Origin: an uncultured Planctomycetota bacterium
Lineage (GTDB): Bacteria; Planctomycetota; PLA2; JAEUHO01
Length of the DNA stretch: 64,000 nt
Assembly (NCBI GenBank): GCA_963752285.1
Contig: CAVVXN010000005.1
Location: 1,472,001-1,536,000 of the forward strand
Direction of reading: 5' to 3'
Numbering within the stretch: position 1 is the first letter of the stretch; every line of letters starts with the position of its first letter. Positions 39,307-49,147 of the stretch are shown piece by piece. A model generated the notes under the pieces. The model made no database searches, had not been told where the DNA came from, and worked only from the letters and a program-made list of their open reading frames with translations. The position numbers were made by a program, and so were the translations under genes.

Positions 39307-40445
39307 GCAGGGGCACCTCGGTCCCGGGCGGCAGAGGGGACCCTCCCTCCGATCGATCGGACGAGATCGGCGGCGACTCGACCGGCACCGCCACGCGGGG
39401 ACCGCGGCGCCCGCGCGGACATCTCGCGCCGGCGCGCGTGGTCCAGGAGGAGCGGCACGACGTCCCTCGCGACGCGCTCCGGCGAGAGGTCCTTCTCGTC
39501 GAGCAAGACCGCGGCGCCCGGCGCCACCAGCCGCCGGGCGTTCTCGTACTGCTGGCGGTCGGCGTGGTGCGGGTACGGCACCAGGACGGCCGGAACGCGG
39601 GTCGCCTCGAGTTCCTGGACGGTGAGCGCGCCCCCGCGGCAGACGACCAGGTCCGCGGTGGCGTACGCCACGTCCATGTCGGCCACGAACGGGACGACGC
39701 GGTGGGGCACGCGCGCGGCCCGGTAGGCCGCCTCGACGCCCTCGCCGCTCCCGCCGACCTGGTGGAGCACCTGGATCCGCGCGCCGAGGGACGGGTCGGC
39801 TCGGGCGGCGAGGAGGACGCCCTCGGAGAGCGCGACGTTCAACGCGCGCGCGCCGAGGCTCCCGCCGGTCACGAGGAGGGTCAGGCGTCCGGGCACGAGC
39901 CCGAAGCGCGAGGGATCGCAAAGCCCGTGGCCGATCCGCCCCCGGAGGATCGGGCCGACGACCGTGGTGTGGACCCGCGCCGGCAGCGCCGCGCGCGCCT
40001 CGGCGCGGGCGAGGTACACGCGGCGCGCGAGCGGAGCGAGCAGCCGGACGGCGGCCCCCGGGCGTTCGTCGGACGCGAGGAGGTCGAGGGGGACGCGGCG
40101 GAGCCAGGCGGCCAGGGCCAGGGGCACGCACGGCCAGCCGCCGAGCGCGACCACGGCGCGGGGTCGGACCCGCGCGAGGAGCCGCGTCGCGGCCACGACC
40201 GCGCCGACCAGCCGGGGCGCGAAGAGGGCGAGGGGCACGGGGCGGCGCACGAGCCGCGGCGCGGCCGAACGGTAGCGCGTCTCGCCCGGCGGGAACCATG
40301 CCGCCTCCGACGCGGTCCCCGGCGTCGCGAACGCCGCCGTGGCCCCGATCCGCCGCAGCGCGTCCGCGACCGCGAACCCGGGCGCGAGGTGCCCGACGGT
40401 CCCTCCGCCCACGAACAAGACGTCGATCGGCACGGGTGTCCCCAC
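39303..40445 (-). CDS. murG: Lipid II GlcNAc transferase
   Basis: GGGTVGHLAPG, GGSLGARALN, DLVVCRGGALTV.E, PYP...DRQQYENA. Confidence 0.93.
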   Translation of the reverse strand: MGTPVPIDVLFVGGGTVGHLAPGFAVADALRRIGATAAFATPGTASEAAWFPPGETRYRSAAPRLVRRPVPLALFAPRLVGAVVAATRLLARVRPRAVVALGGWPCVPLALAAWLRRVPLDLLASDERPGAAVRLLAPLARRVYLARAEARAALPARVHTTVVGPILRGRIGHGLCDPSRFGLVPGRLTLLVTGGSLGARALNVALSEGVLLAARADPSLGARIQVLHQVGGSGEGVEAAYRAARVPHRVVPFVADMDVAYATADLVVCRGGALTVQELEATRVPAVLVPYPHHADRQQYENARRLVAPGAAVLLDEKDLSPERVARDVVPLLLDHARRREMSARAPRSPRGGAGRVAADLVRSIGGRVPSAARDRGAPA

Positions 40446-40505
40446 GCGGTGCCCGTCCTTCGTATCACGCGGCGCGCCGCGGGGGGCGCGGGCGGCCGAG
40501 CGTGG

Positions 40506-41669
40506 TCAGGACCAGGGCTCGTCGCCCGCGGCGGCGGCCGTGCGGCGCGCGACGTTCACCAGGAGGCCGACGGCGATCGAGACGACGATCAGGTTGCTCC
40601 CACCCTTCGAGAGGAACGGGAGCGGGATGCCCTTCGTCGGGGCGACGTCGGTTACGACGGCGACGTTGATCAGCGCCTGGAACGCGACGACGAACACGGC
40701 GGCCGCCGCGAGGTACGAGGCGAAGGGACCGACGACGCGCGCGTACCACGCGAGCCGACTGCCGAACCACGTGAAGAGCATGAACGCGACGAGCACGGCG
40801 GCGCAGCCGAGGAAGCCCAGCTCCTCGCCGATGAGCGCGAACACGAAGTCGGTGTGGATCTCGGGCACGAACCCGAGCTTCTGCGTGCCGGCCCCGAGGC
40901 CCACGCCCAGGAGCCCGCCGCTCCCGATGGCGACGAGCGCCTCGTGCACCTGGACCCCCGTGCCCGCGAGGCGCTCGCGCACGTGCGCGAAACGCGTGTA
41001 GGCGTAGAAGAGCAGGACCGGGGTGGCGGTGACGGCGAAGGGGATCACCCGCGTCGGGCGGATCCCGGCGAGGGCGAGGAGCACCGCCGCCTCCGCCACC
41101 ACGAAGAGCGACGTGCCGAGGTCGGGCTCGAGGAGGACGAGCGCGGCGCCGAGGCCCACGGGGGCGAGGAGCGCGCCGAGCGGCGGCGAGGAGCCGAAGC
41201 GGACGTCCTCCTCGCGCCGGGCGAGGCGCTCGGCGAGGTAGAGGGCGAGCGCCAGCTTCAGCACCTCGCTCGGCTGGATCGAGAACCCCGCGATTCGGAT
41301 CCAGCGGGTCGCTCCGTTGCTCGTGTGCCCCGCCACGAGGACGAAGGCGAGGACCACGAGCACGGTCGCGAGCCCCGGCACCGCGACGCGGCGAAGCCAC
41401 TCGAGCGGCACGGCGCTCGCGGCCCACCCGGCCAGCGCGGCGAGGAACACCCACTGGAGCTGCGTCGCGAGCAGGAAGTTCGCGTCGCCGCTCGGGTGGC
41501 CCGTGAGACCTCGGACGCTGCTCCACGAGTACAGCATCACGAAGCCCAGGACCGTGAGCCCCACGGCCATCGCGAGAACGATGCGGCCGGCCGCGAGCGC
41601 GAGGCGCCCGACGGCGGCGCGCGGGCGCAGCATGTCGAACGCGGCGGGGGTCGAGAGCGCGTGCGCCAC
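40506..41669 (-). CDS. ftsW: SEDS peptidoglycan polymerase FtsW
   Basis: NGATRWI, QPSE.LK, EPDLGT, PEIHTDF.F..IGEELG, PTKGIPLPFLSKGGS. Confidence 0.95.
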   Translation of the reverse strand: MAHALSTPAAFDMLRPRAAVGRLALAAGRIVLAMAVGLTVLGFVMLYSWSSVRGLTGHPSGDANFLLATQLQWVFLAALAGWAASAVPLEWLRRVAVPGLATVLVVLAFVLVAGHTSNGATRWIRIAGFSIQPSEVLKLALALYLAERLARREEDVRFGSSPPLGALLAPVGLGAALVLLEPDLGTSLFVVAEAAVLLALAGIRPTRVIPFAVTATPVLLFYAYTRFAHVRERLAGTGVQVHEALVAIGSGGLLGVGLGAGTQKLGFVPEIHTDFVFALIGEELGFLGCAAVLVAFMLFTWFGSRLAWYARVVGPFASYLAAAAVFVVAFQALINVAVVTDVAPTKGIPLPFLSKGGSNLIVVSIAVGLLVNVARRTAAAAGDEPWS

Positions 41670-41675
41670 GCGGGG

Positions 41676-43052
41676 TCACCTCATCTTGAGAGAAGCCAAC
41701 GCGGCCAGCACGCAGATCACGGAGACGATCCAGAACCGGACCGTTACCTTGTTCTCGTGCCATCCCAGGTGCTGGTAGTGGTGGTGGAGGGGCGCGCAAC
41801 GGAACCAACGCCGACCCGTCGCGGCGGGGTCGCCTCGGCGGCGGGCCGCGCGGCGGGTCCCCTTGAACCACGTGCGCTGCCAGATCACGGAACCCGCCTC
41901 CGCGACGAAGAGCCCGCCCGCGAGGGCGAGCGTGAGCTCGTGGCGGAGCGCCACCGCGAGCACGCCGAGGATGCCCCCGATCGAGAGCGAGCCCGTGTCG
42001 CCCATGATCACCTCGGCGGGATAGGAGTTGAACCAGAGGAACCCCATCGCCCCGCCGGCGAGCGCCGCCGCGATCACGGCGAGCTCGCCGGCCTCGGGCA
42101 CGTAGAAGAGCTGGAGCTCGCCCGAGAAGTCCACGCGCCCGACGACGTACGCGATCGTCGCGAAGGCGAGGGCCACCGTGCCGGTGACGCCGATCGCGAG
42201 GCCGTCGAGGCCGTCGGTCAGGTTCACCGCGTTGCTCGCGCCGACGATCACGAGGATGCCGAGGGGGATGAACAGGAGGCCGAGGTCGATCGCGACGCCC
42301 TTGAAGAAAGGCACCTGCAGGTCCGCGCGGTGGTGGTCCCGGGGGTCGGGCCACGGCCGGGGCACCTGGATCTCGCGTCCCACCGGCGGGTCGTACGCGC
42401 GCCCCTCCGGCGTCACCATCCGGTTGTAGCGCGCGAGCTCGAGCGCGCGCCCGGGGCTGCCGAGCGTCGAGGCCGCGAGCGATGCCCACGTGGCGCCGGG
42501 CCCCACCGGCACGTGCGTCGTCCACGCGGCGTAGGGATTCGGCTTCACGCGGGGGCCGCGAAACGCCGGGAGCTGGTCGTCGGCGCTGCCCAGGCCGTAC
42601 AGCGCCGCGATCGTCACGAACGCGATCGCGAGCTGTCCCCCGAGCTTCTGCGCCTCCTTCATCCCGGGTGAGCGGGGATCCCTCAGCTTCTTGAAGTCGT
42701 CGAGCGCGCCGAGGACGCCGAAGGCGAGGAACGAGAGGATCACGATCCACGTGTATGCGTTGTCGAGCCGCGCGAAGAGCAGCGAGGACAGCCCCACGCC
42801 CACCAGGAGGATCACGCCGCCCATCGTCGGCACGGACGCCTTGCGCTGGCGCTCGGCGTCCACCTTCGCGTCGCCGGTCGTGACGAAGCCCTGGACCTTC
42901 TTCCGCTTCAGGGCCTCGACGACACCGGGCCCTACGACCGTGGCGATCAGGAACGCGAGGATCGCGGCGAAGGCCGCGCGGAAGGTGATGTACGAGAAGA
43001 GCCGAAACCCCGACACGACCTCCTTCAGCGGAACGAACAGGTGGTAGAACAT
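41676..43052 (-). CDS. mraY: Phospho-N-acetylmuramoyl-pentapeptide transferase with a LysM-like loop insertion
   Basis: PTMGG, GALDDF.K, SNAVNLTDGLDGLA, MGDTGSL, APLHHH. Confidence 0.96.
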   Translation of the reverse strand: MFYHLFVPLKEVVSGFRLFSYITFRAAFAAILAFLIATVVGPGVVEALKRKKVQGFVTTGDAKVDAERQRKASVPTMGGVILLVGVGLSSLLFARLDNAYTWIVILSFLAFGVLGALDDFKKLRDPRSPGMKEAQKLGGQLAIAFVTIAALYGLGSADDQLPAFRGPRVKPNPYAAWTTHVPVGPGATWASLAASTLGSPGRALELARYNRMVTPEGRAYDPPVGREIQVPRPWPDPRDHHRADLQVPFFKGVAIDLGLLFIPLGILVIVGASNAVNLTDGLDGLAIGVTGTVALAFATIAYVVGRVDFSGELQLFYVPEAGELAVIAAALAGGAMGFLWFNSYPAEVIMGDTGSLSIGGILGVLAVALRHELTLALAGGLFVAEAGSVIWQRTWFKGTRRAARRRGDPAATGRRWFRCAPLHHHYQHLGWHENKVTVRFWIVSVICVLAALASLKMR

Positions 43053-43074
43053 GCGGGGTTTGGGGTTCTGCCGC

Positions 43075-44517
43075 TCAGGCGCGCCGGTCTCCGATGCGGG
43101 GAGAGCTCAGGGCTTCGCCCGCCGCCTCGGCGAGCGACTCCTCGACGTGCTGGACGAGGCGCTCGAGCGCGAGACCGCGCGAGGCCTTGAACAGCCACGC
43201 GTCGCCCGGCTTCGGCACGAACGGCAGCACCTCGAGCGCCGCCTCGACGGTCGGGTGCCACGCCACCGAGCCCGCCGGCATCCCGATCGCGTGCGCGGCG
43301 CGCGCCACCGTCTCGGCGTGGCGCCCTACCGCCCAGAGCAGGTCGATCTTCGCGTTCGCGATCTTGCGGCCGAGGGACTCGTGGTGGGCTTGGGCCTCGT
43401 CCCCGAGCTCGAGCATGTCGCCGACCACGGCCACGCGCCGCCCCGAGCAGGGCCGCGCGGACAGCTCGAGGATCGCCGCCTCCATGCTGCGGGGGTTCGC
43501 GTTGTACGCGTCGTTCACGAGCGTCACGTCGGAGATCACCTGGCGGCTCATCCGCATCGGCGGCGCCTCGTAGCGCGTGAGGGCCTGCTGGATCTCCACG
43601 GGCTCCTGGCCGAGCCAGAGGCCGACCGCCACCGCCGCCAACGCGTTGGCGACGTTGTGCATGCCGAGGGACGGGACCTCCATCGCCATGCGCCCGTACA
43701 GGTAGAAGCCGATGCCGTCGGGCGTCGCGTACGCGTTCGTGCCGTACACGTCCGCGTCCTCCCAGGTCCCGTAGGTGACGAGGTGACAGGCGACGCTCTC
43801 CATCGCCTCCCGGCACCAGTAGTTGTCGGCGTTCAGGACGGCCGCGCCGTCGTCGGGGAGGCTCGCGAAGAGGTTCGACTTCTCCTCCATCACCCCGCGC
43901 ACCGTCTTCAGCCCCTCCAGGTGCGCGTGCTCGACGTTCGTCAGGACCCCCACCGTCGGGCGCGCGATGCCCGCGAGGTACGCGATCTCGCCGGGCGCGT
44001 TCGTGCCGATCTCGACGACGCAGGCGCGGCTCTCGGTGCTCATCTCGAGGAGGGTCAGCGGCACCCCGATCTCGTTGTTGTACGAGGCGCGGCTCGCCAC
44101 GACGTCCGCGCCGAGCACGTGCCGGATCATCTCCTTGACGGTCGTCTTGCCGCAGGACCCGGTGACGCCGACGACCGGCACGTCGAACTGGCTGCGGTAC
44201 CAACGGGCGAGGTCTCCGAGCGCGCGCGTCGTGTCCCGCACGACGACGACGTTGGCGGGCGTGCGGGCGAAGTCCGCGTCGCGCGCGGCGAGCGAGAACG
44301 CGGCGCCCGCGAGGAACGCCTTCTCGACGAACGCGTGGGCGTCGTGGCGCTTGCCCCGGATCGGGACGAAGAGCGAGCCGGCCGGCACCTCCCGGCTGTC
44401 GATCGTGACGGCGGGGATGAGCGGATCGCCCTCCACCGGGCCGGCGAGGTGTCCGCCGGTCGCGCGCAGCAGGTCGGAGAGTCGGATCGGTTGCATGGTG
44501 GCCCTCGCTTCGTTCAT
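43075..44517 (-). CDS. murF: UDP-MurNAc-tripeptide--D-Ala-D-Ala ligase (start 44517 or 44496)
   Basis: VTGSCGKTTVKE, YNNEIGVPLTL, NDAYNANP.SM, GDMLELG, KASRG. Confidence 0.96.
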   Translation of the reverse strand: MNEARATMQPIRLSDLLRATGGHLAGPVEGDPLIPAVTIDSREVPAGSLFVPIRGKRHDAHAFVEKAFLAGAAFSLAARDADFARTPANVVVVRDTTRALGDLARWYRSQFDVPVVGVTGSCGKTTVKEMIRHVLGADVVASRASYNNEIGVPLTLLEMSTESRACVVEIGTNAPGEIAYLAGIARPTVGVLTNVEHAHLEGLKTVRGVMEEKSNLFASLPDDGAAVLNADNYWCREAMESVACHLVTYGTWEDADVYGTNAYATPDGIGFYLYGRMAMEVPSLGMHNVANALAAVAVGLWLGQEPVEIQQALTRYEAPPMRMSRQVISDVTLVNDAYNANPRSMEAAILELSARPCSGRRVAVVGDMLELGDEAQAHHESLGRKIANAKIDLLWAVGRHAETVARAAHAIGMPAGSVAWHPTVEAALEVLPFVPKPGDAWLFKASRGLALERLVQHVEESLAEAAGEALSSPRIGDRRA

Positions 44518-46034
44518 CCGCCTCGGGAACGCGCGGCGCCTCGGACGGCGCGGAGGCGGAGCGCGGCGCGCACCTCCTCCGCGTCGTCGAAGGGCACCGT
44601 CCGCGTGCCCAGGATCTGGTACGTCTCGTGGCCCTTGCCCGCGACGAGCACGGTCCCGCCCGGGGGCGCCTCGCGGATCGCCCGCTGGATGGCCTCGCGC
44701 CGGTCCACGATCTCGGTCACGTGCACGGACGCGCCGGGCGTCAGGCCCGCGCGCATCTCCGCGAGGATGGCCGAGGGGTCCTCGGTCCGTGGGTTGTCGC
44801 TGGTCAGGAGCACGCGATCGCTCGCCTCGGCCGCGGCCCGCGCCATGCGCGGCCGCTTCGTGCGGTCGCGGTCGCCGCCGCACCCGACGACGGTGGTCAG
44901 GTGCTCGGCGCCGACCTCGCGCAGGAAGAGGAGCACGGCGCGGAGCGCCTCCTCGGTGTGCGCGTAGTCCACGAACACCGTGAGGTCGCCGGCCGGCTGC
45001 ACGCGCTCGAGGCGCCCCGGCACGCCCGCGAGCGACGCGGCGCCACGCGCGGCGAGGGCCGGGTCTACGCCGAGCGCGCGGGCGGCGCCCACGGCGCACG
45101 CGAGGTTGATCGCGTTGTGCCTCCCGACGAGCGGCGTCTCGACCTCGATCTCGACCTCGCCGTCCACGCGGAGCGTGAACGCGGTGCCCGAGAGCGAGAG
45201 ACGTACGTTCCCGACCGCGAGGTCGGCGTCGGGTCCTGTCCCGACGGTGAGGACGCGCGCGGGCGTCATGCCCACCAGGGAACGGCCGCGCGCGTCGTCC
45301 ACGACGAGGACCGCGGTCGCCGACACGTCGAGCGCGGTGAAGAGGCGGGCCTTCGCCCGGAAGTACGCGTCCTCGTCGGCGTGGTAGTCGAGGTGGTCGC
45401 GGCCGAGGTTCGTGAAGACGCCGGCAGAGAAGGAGAGGCCCGCGACGCGACCCTGGTCGAGCGCGTGGCTCGACACCTCGAGGACCGCCGCTCGGCTCCC
45501 CGCGTCCGTCGCGGCCGCGAGGAGACGGCGGAGCTCGAGCAGTCCGGGCGTCGTGTTGTGCGCGGGTCGCCGGTCGCCCGGCGCGATCTCGTGCGCGACG
45601 GTGCCCAGCACGCTCGTCGGGACCCCGGCCCCGCGCAGCGCGGCGGCCGTCAGCCAGGCGGTCGTCGTCTTGCCCTTGGTGCCGGTGACGCCGACGAGCG
45701 ACGTCGTGGTCTCGGGTCGTCCGTAGACGTGCTCCGCCGCGGCGAGGAGCGCGGCCTCCACGTCGGGGACGCGCAGGTGGGGCACGGAGACGGGGAGGTC
45801 CACGTCCGTCACGACGAACGCCGCGCCGCGGTCGAGCGCGTCCTTCGCGTGGTCGAGCCCGTCGCCGCCTGGCCCGCGCCGGGCGACGAAGAGCTGGCCC
45901 GCCTCCACGCGGCGCGAGTCGTCCTCGACCCCCGTCGCCCGGCGGTCGGGCGGGGTCGCCACGAGCCGTCCGCCGAGCGCCTCGGCCCACGCGGCCGCGG
46001 TCGCCGGAGCGCGTTCCTGTGCGCGCACGGTCAC
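44514..46034 (-). CDS. murE: UDP-MurNAc-dipeptide--meso-DAP ligase
   Basis: GVTGTKGKTTT, EVSSHAL.Q.R, VDYAHT, GCGGDRD..KR, DNPR (DAP-type), AGKGHE. Confidence 0.96.
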   Translation of the reverse strand: MTVRAQERAPATAAAWAEALGGRLVATPPDRRATGVEDDSRRVEAGQLFVARRGPGGDGLDHAKDALDRGAAFVVTDVDLPVSVPHLRVPDVEAALLAAAEHVYGRPETTTSLVGVTGTKGKTTTAWLTAAALRGAGVPTSVLGTVAHEIAPGDRRPAHNTTPGLLELRRLLAAATDAGSRAAVLEVSSHALDQGRVAGLSFSAGVFTNLGRDHLDYHADEDAYFRAKARLFTALDVSATAVLVVDDARGRSLVGMTPARVLTVGTGPDADLAVGNVRLSLSGTAFTLRVDGEVEIEVETPLVGRHNAINLACAVGAARALGVDPALAARGAASLAGVPGRLERVQPAGDLTVFVDYAHTEEALRAVLLFLREVGAEHLTTVVGCGGDRDRTKRPRMARAAAEASDRVLLTSDNPRTEDPSAILAEMRAGLTPGASVHVTEIVDRREAIQRAIREAPPGGTVLVAGKGHETYQILGTRTVPFDDAEEVRAALRLRAVRGAARSRGG

Positions 46035-47887
46035 CTGCCCTCCTCCAGGCCCGGCGCCGCGCCCTCGTCGAGGGCCCGCCCGTCCAGATAGGCGAGACTT
46101 CGCTCGAGGATCTGGCGCGCCGCCGGCGCGGCGACGCTCCCGCCGTAGGGCTTGACCCCGGTCACGGGGTCCGGCGCTTCGCGATCGACCTGGGCCATGA
46201 CGAGTACCGCGAGCCGGGGACGGTCGCGAGGCGCGAACCCGGCGAACCCGGCGATCTGCCAGGTTGTCCTCTGGATCTCCGCGGTGCCCGTCTTCCCCGC
46301 GACCTCGATGTCCGCGCCCTCGAACGCCTCGTGGGCGGTGCCGTCCTCCACCGTGTCGGCGAGTCCCTGCCGAACGAGCGCGAGGTCCTGCGGGCGACGG
46401 CACACGGGCGGAAGGTCCCGGCGCCCGCCGCCGTGCCCGGGGAGGAGGGTGGGACGGACGACGCGCGCGTCGTCGCGGGCCAGCGCCGCGAAGATGGAGA
46501 GGAGACGGAGGGGCGAGATCGCGAAGCCCTGCCCGAACGCGAACCCGAGCGTCGGGAAGAGCGGGTTCCTCGAGGACGTGTCCACCGTCACGGGCTCGGA
46601 ACGCGAGAGCTCGATGCCGGTCGGGCCCGAGAAGCCGAGGTCCTCGAACAGGGCGAACGCGGCGGCGGGGTCCCGGTCGGCCGCCGGCGTGCCGTCCGGC
46701 CGGAGCGCCATGAGCCGCCAGAGGAGCTCGGAGACGCCGACGTTGCTCGAGTGGCCGATGATGCGGACGACCGTGCCCGCGCCGTCGTCCTCGCCGTTCG
46801 CGTGGACGTCGTGCACCAGGCGAGACGCGCCGTGCCACTCGAAGCGTTTCTCGGCCGGCAGGTCGATGCGCTCGTCTCGTCCGACCACGCCGAGGCCCAA
46901 GGCACGCGCGGCGACGAGCGGCTTGAAGATCGAGCCGGGCGGCCAGGTGCCGGTGACCGCGACGTCGAAGCCACGGCCCGACGCACCGGCGTGCCGGTTC
47001 GCCATCGCCAACACCTCGCCCGAGCCGGGGACGAGGACGATCGCCGTGGCCGCGCGCGGCGACCACCGCGACTGGAGCTCGTCGAGCGCGGACTCGACGT
47101 AGTGCTGCACGACGACGTCGAGCGTCAGGCGGACGTCGCGCCCCTCCACGAGGAGCGGATCGACCGCGAGCGCGGAGCGGAACGTCGGCGACGTGCCGCC
47201 CGAGTGCGCGACCGGCACGGTCATCCGGCCACCCCGGAGCGCGGCGTCGAGCGAACGCTCGAGACCCCCGCCGGCGCGGCCCCGCTCGGCCGACGGCGCC
47301 AGCCCGAGCACGTCGATCGCGTAGTCGCCGTTCGGGTACGTCCGACGTTCCCCCACCGACACCTTGAGCCCCTTCAGGTCGGCGGCGAGCGTCTCGGTGA
47401 ACGTCGTGAGCCCGAGGAGCACGGAGACGACGCGTTCGTCCTCGATCTCGTAGCGGAGCGGACGGTGCCGGCACCCCGCCGGCGCGGACCGGATGGCGGC
47501 CGCGATCGAACGCCCGCCGTCGTCGTCGTCGAGCACGAGGGCGAGCCGGCGCGCGAACGCCTCGGGGTCGCCCAACAGCGAGGGGTCCACGGCCACGGAG
47601 AGCACGCGGCGGCTCGACGCGAGCACGCGACCGCGCCGGTCGAGGAGGCGACCACGGAGGCCGCGGAACGTGACGCGCGCGTCGTGCCCGTGCGCCGCGG
47701 CGTGGCGCCACGTGGCCGCGTCCACGAGCTGGAGCTTCCCGAGGCGGCCGAGGAGCACCAGGAAGAGCACGAGCAGCGCGCCGAAGACGAAGTTCATCCG
47801 GAACCGCTGGACGGCCTCCAGGTTGCGCCGCATCTGCCCGACCGGCACGCTCCGCGGGAGTCGGGGCGTGGTCTTCTGCGCGCTCAC
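46031..47887 (-). CDS. ftsI: Class B penicillin-binding protein FtsI
   Basis: TM anchor, RG.LLDR.G, SxxK (GSIFKP), SSN, KTG; dcw position. Confidence 0.9.
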   Translation of the reverse strand: MSAQKTTPRLPRSVPVGQMRRNLEAVQRFRMNFVFGALLVLFLVLLGRLGKLQLVDAATWRHAAAHGHDARVTFRGLRGRLLDRRGRVLASSRRVLSVAVDPSLLGDPEAFARRLALVLDDDDGGRSIAAAIRSAPAGCRHRPLRYEIEDERVVSVLLGLTTFTETLAADLKGLKVSVGERRTYPNGDYAIDVLGLAPSAERGRAGGGLERSLDAALRGGRMTVPVAHSGGTSPTFRSALAVDPLLVEGRDVRLTLDVVVQHYVESALDELQSRWSPRAATAIVLVPGSGEVLAMANRHAGASGRGFDVAVTGTWPPGSIFKPLVAARALGLGVVGRDERIDLPAEKRFEWHGASRLVHDVHANGEDDGAGTVVRIIGHSSNVGVSELLWRLMALRPDGTPAADRDPAAAFALFEDLGFSGPTGIELSRSEPVTVDTSSRNPLFPTLGFAFGQGFAISPLRLLSIFAALARDDARVVRPTLLPGHGGGRRDLPPVCRRPQDLALVRQGLADTVEDGTAHEAFEGADIEVAGKTGTAEIQRTTWQIAGFAGFAPRDRPRLAVLVMAQVDREAPDPVTGVKPYGGSVAAPAARQILERSLAYLDGRALDEGAAPGLEEGR

Positions 47888-48183
47888 TCGCCCTCCCCCC
47901 CGCGCGCGGCATCGGTTCCCGTCTCGGCGGTCGCCCTGGGGGCGACGTCGGGGTCCGGCTCCCCCCGGAGTCGGCGGTCGCGCTCCTCGAGGAGGGTCCG
48001 CGGCGACAGCTCGGTCGCGAGGCGCGCCTCGGCCTCCCGGACCTGCTTCGCGAGACCGTCGCGGCGGCGCATCTCGTCCCAGACCTGCTGTTCGAGGCGT
48101 CGGAGCTCGCCCTGCTGCCGGACGCCGACCAGCACCGTCCCCACGACGGCCAGCAACACGGCCATGGACGTCAACGTCCGCAT
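47884..48183 (-). CDS. ftsL: FtsL-like small TM/coiled-coil protein
   Basis: Lies between rsmH and ftsI; TM followed by a coiled coil ending ELSPRTL. Confidence 0.65.
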   Translation of the reverse strand: MRTLTSMAVLLAVVGTVLVGVRQQGELRRLEQQVWDEMRRRDGLAKQVREAEARLATELSPRTLLEERDRRLRGEPDPDVAPRATAETGTDAARGGEGE

Positions 48184-48193
48184 GCGCTCCTCG

Positions 48194-49132
48194 TCACGCT
48201 CCCTCGCCCTCGGCCACCGACTCCAACCGTTCGAACGCCCTCAGCCGCGCCGGCCGCGCCCGCCGGTTTCGGCGCACCTCGGCGTCGCTCGGCCGGAGCG
48301 GCTTCTTCGTCCTGACCCGCCCCCATCCCCGCCGTCCCGCCTCGCGGAACGCCTCCTTCACGATCCGGTCTTCCAACCGGTGGAAGGAGATCGCGACGAC
48401 CCGCCCGCCGGGCGCCACCTCGGCGAGCGCCGCGGCGACCCCTCGCTCCACGTGGAGGAGCTCGTCGTTCACGGCGATCCTGAGCGCCTGGAAGCTCCGC
48501 GTGGCCGGGTCGTGCCGCCCGGTCCTGAGCGCGGCGCGTCGGACGACCTCGGCGAGCGTCCCCGCGTCGGCGATCGGCCGCGCGCGAACGATCGCGCGCG
48601 CCACCGCACGGGCGCGGGGCTCCTCGCCGTAGCGGTGGAGCAGCTCGGCGAGCGCCTCCACCTCCAGGTGGTTCACGAGATCCAGAGCGGTGGGCCCCTC
48701 CGCGGTCGGGTCGAAGCGCATGTCGGCGCCTTCCCCCGCGCGCTGGAACGAGAACCCCCGCGCCGGGTCGTCGAGCTGGAACGACGAGAGGCCCAGGTCG
48801 AGGAGCACGCCGTCGGGCGCCGACGCCCCCTCGCGCCGCAGGACCTCCGCGAGGTCCGCGTACGACGCGTGGACGAGGCGCACCCGCGCACCGAAGCGCG
48901 CGAGGACCTCCCCGGCGAGCACCAGCGCCCGCGGGTCCCGGTCGATGCCGAGGAGCTCCGCGCCGACGGTCCGGTCGAGGATGGCGGCGGCGTGCCCGCC
49001 GAGCCCGACCGTCCCGTCCACGACGAGCCGCGGCCGCCCGGCCGGCAGGTCCCCGAGGAGGTGCTCGAGCACCTCCTCCACCATGACGGGTCGATGGATG
49101 GGTTGAGAAAGATCGTCCCGGGCCGGGGCCAT
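48194..49132 (-). CDS. rsmH: 16S rRNA m4C1402 methyltransferase
   Basis: VDGTVGLGGHA, DLGLSSFQLD...RGFSF, FQALRIAVNDEL, ISFHRLEDRIVK. Confidence 0.97.
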   Translation of the reverse strand: MAPARDDLSQPIHRPVMVEEVLEHLLGDLPAGRPRLVVDGTVGLGGHAAAILDRTVGAELLGIDRDPRALVLAGEVLARFGARVRLVHASYADLAEVLRREGASAPDGVLLDLGLSSFQLDDPARGFSFQRAGEGADMRFDPTAEGPTALDLVNHLEVEALAELLHRYGEEPRARAVARAIVRARPIADAGTLAEVVRRAALRTGRHDPATRSFQALRIAVNDELLHVERGVAAALAEVAPGGRVVAISFHRLEDRIVKEAFREAGRRGWGRVRTKKPLRPSDAEVRRNRRARPARLRAFERLESVAEGEGA

Positions 49133-49147
49133 CCCGGCTCGGCCCCC

